The position numbers and the translations under genes were made by a program. Shown one piece after another: positions 49,682 to 50,766 of a stretch of DNA of 50,766 bases. The notes under the pieces were generated by a model, which saw only the letters and a list, made by a program, of their open reading frames with translations, ran no database searches and had not been told where the DNA came from. Every line of letters begins with the position of its first letter. The stretch's first letter is position 1. Source of the stretch: a virus; the IMG/VR virus record IMGVR_UViG_3300032001_000008; one strand, given 5' to 3'.

Positions 49682-50766
49682 TTAGCAGTGCCCCCAGGAT
49701 CTCTCAGAGGTTTTGATTGATACAGGGATGATGAGCGAGTCGTCGTATGGAACCGGGATCTTAGCACATTCGCGGATTGCTGGCAAGAGAGTATTTACTT
49801 GTCTTGTGGGGATTTGGCCAGGGAGGGAGTCGTGGACCTGGAGAAGAATCTGGACCTCAGGGAGTTCACGGTAGATGCGTTCCCAGATGCGGTTGATGAT
49901 GACTGAAACAGTGGATTGGGGTATCCAAGCTATAGCTTCAGGCAGAATGCTATCAGGTCGATCGAAGATAATCCATCTGTATCCAAATCGGTTTTCAACG
50001 TAGCGCCGGGTCTGAACCTGACGGTTAACCTCAGCATGCCACCGCTTGATTCCAGGGTGCGCACCGAACCACAGTCCCTGGGCTCTTTCAGTCTCGTGCA
50101 CAGACCTTCCAATATGAGCAGCCATCGTGTGAGCAGATCCTCCGTAATTGGTTCCGTGGCAGAAGACTTTGGCGAACTCTCTGAGGTGCTTGTTGCGGCC
50201 TCGGTGGTCGGGGTAGCGGGGGTGGGATTCGACAAGCTCTTCCCAGGGAGGAGGTTCCCTTCCGCTGATAACGAAGGCGTTAAGCAGGTGTACGTCAACA
50301 CCCATTCTGAGGGCTGATTTGAGCTGTTCATCATTCGCCTCCCATACGACGATGTAGAGATCGGCTCGCTCGAGGTCGAGGTCGAACCAGGTGAAGCCAG
50401 GATCGGGGATGAAGATCTCCCGGATGTTGGGGAACTGGTAGGGATCGCCGATGCCCTCGATCTTGCCTCGCGCAGCGGCCTTGCCCACGCTCTTGGATTT
50501 CTCCGAGGGAATGTTCTGGAGATTGCTGCCAGTGCCGAAGGCACTCTCCGAGCTGGAGAGGCGGTAGGTCTTCGGGGCTGACTTGCCGCCCTCTGATCCG
50601 CCGATGTTGAACGAACAGCGCATCCTGCCGTCGTTGTCCAGGGCGCGACACAGGAAATTGCTGAGGAACTTGCTGAGGGTGCGGATGTCGAGGATGGAGT
50701 TGATGAGGGGCTTGAGAAGGGGCTCGACTCGGGCTAGCTTGTTGAGGGCAGTGTCGTCGCAGGTGG
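49682..50766 (-). CDS. DNA polymerase family A, C-terminal (palm/fingers) part; continues upstream across the junction into 1..1589
   Basis: Motif A WFDLDLERADLYIV, motif B REFAKVFCHGTNYGGS, motif C LLQVHDSL. The frame is open to the right edge and identical to 1..127. Confidence 0.9.
   Translation of the reverse strand, partial: TCDDTALNKLARVEPLLKPLINSILDIRTLSKFLSNFLCRALDNDGRMRCSFNIGGSEGGKSAPKTYRLSSSESAFGTGSNLQNIPSEKSKSVGKAAARGKIEGIGDPYQFPNIREIFIPDPGFTWFDLDLERADLYIVVWEANDEQLKSALRMGVDVHLLNAFVISGREPPPWEELVESHPRYPDHRGRNKHLREFAKVFCHGTNYGGSAHTMAAHIGRSVHETERAQGLWFGAHPGIKRWHAEVNRQVQTRRYVENRFGYRWIIFDRPDSILPEAIAWIPQSTVSVIINRIWERIYRELPEVQILLQVHDSLPGQIPTRQVNTLLPAIRECAKIPVPYDDSLIIPVSIKTSERSWGHC
50640..50766. 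repeat. Terminal direct repeat copy 2 (identical to 1..127)
   Basis: See copy 1. Confidence 0.95.

Overview
The window is one complete, circularly closed dsDNA phage genome. Bases 1..127 are identical to 50640..50766, so the unit length is 50,639 bp. A family-A DNA polymerase gene reads in frame across that junction.

The genome has two divergent arms separated by a ~490-bp control region at 16078..16564:
- A leftward (minus-strand) early/replication arm runs 16077 -> 1 and wraps to 50639 -> 48452. It encodes a UDG-PolA fusion, a DUF3987-like helicase, a UvrD-like helicase, a Sak4-like ATPase, a Cas4-like exonuclease, Endo VII, a ParB-methyltransferase, an HNH endonuclease, DUF4326 and many tiny ORFs. 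Many of these genes are joined by ATGA or GTGA stop/start overlaps.
- A rightward (plus-strand) late arm runs 16546 -> 48313. It encodes tail and depolymerase proteins, TerL, portal, a GroES-like protein, scaffold, major capsid protein, adaptor/nozzle-like proteins, three large internal proteins, a PurD-fold ATP-grasp enzyme, a tailspike and a lipoprotein plus membrane-protein pair.

I found no tape measure, sheath or tube gene, so the virion looks podovirus-like. I also recognised no integrase, RNA polymerase, primase, endolysin, tRNA or CRISPR array.

The observations most worth follow-up:
- a lone PurD-like ligase co-translated with the ejection proteins;
- a 270-bp inverted-repeat-bounded cassette carrying a promoter-like element and three copies of an 11-mer;
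- a duplicated early gene, each copy its own promoter-to-terminator unit;
- a ~380-nt GC-rich repeat-laden leader that could be an origin;
- a C5-methyltransferase remnant;
- two poly-acidic small proteins;
- a lipoprotein moron abutting the tailspike gene.

All functional calls come from motifs read by eye and from gene order. No database search was run.
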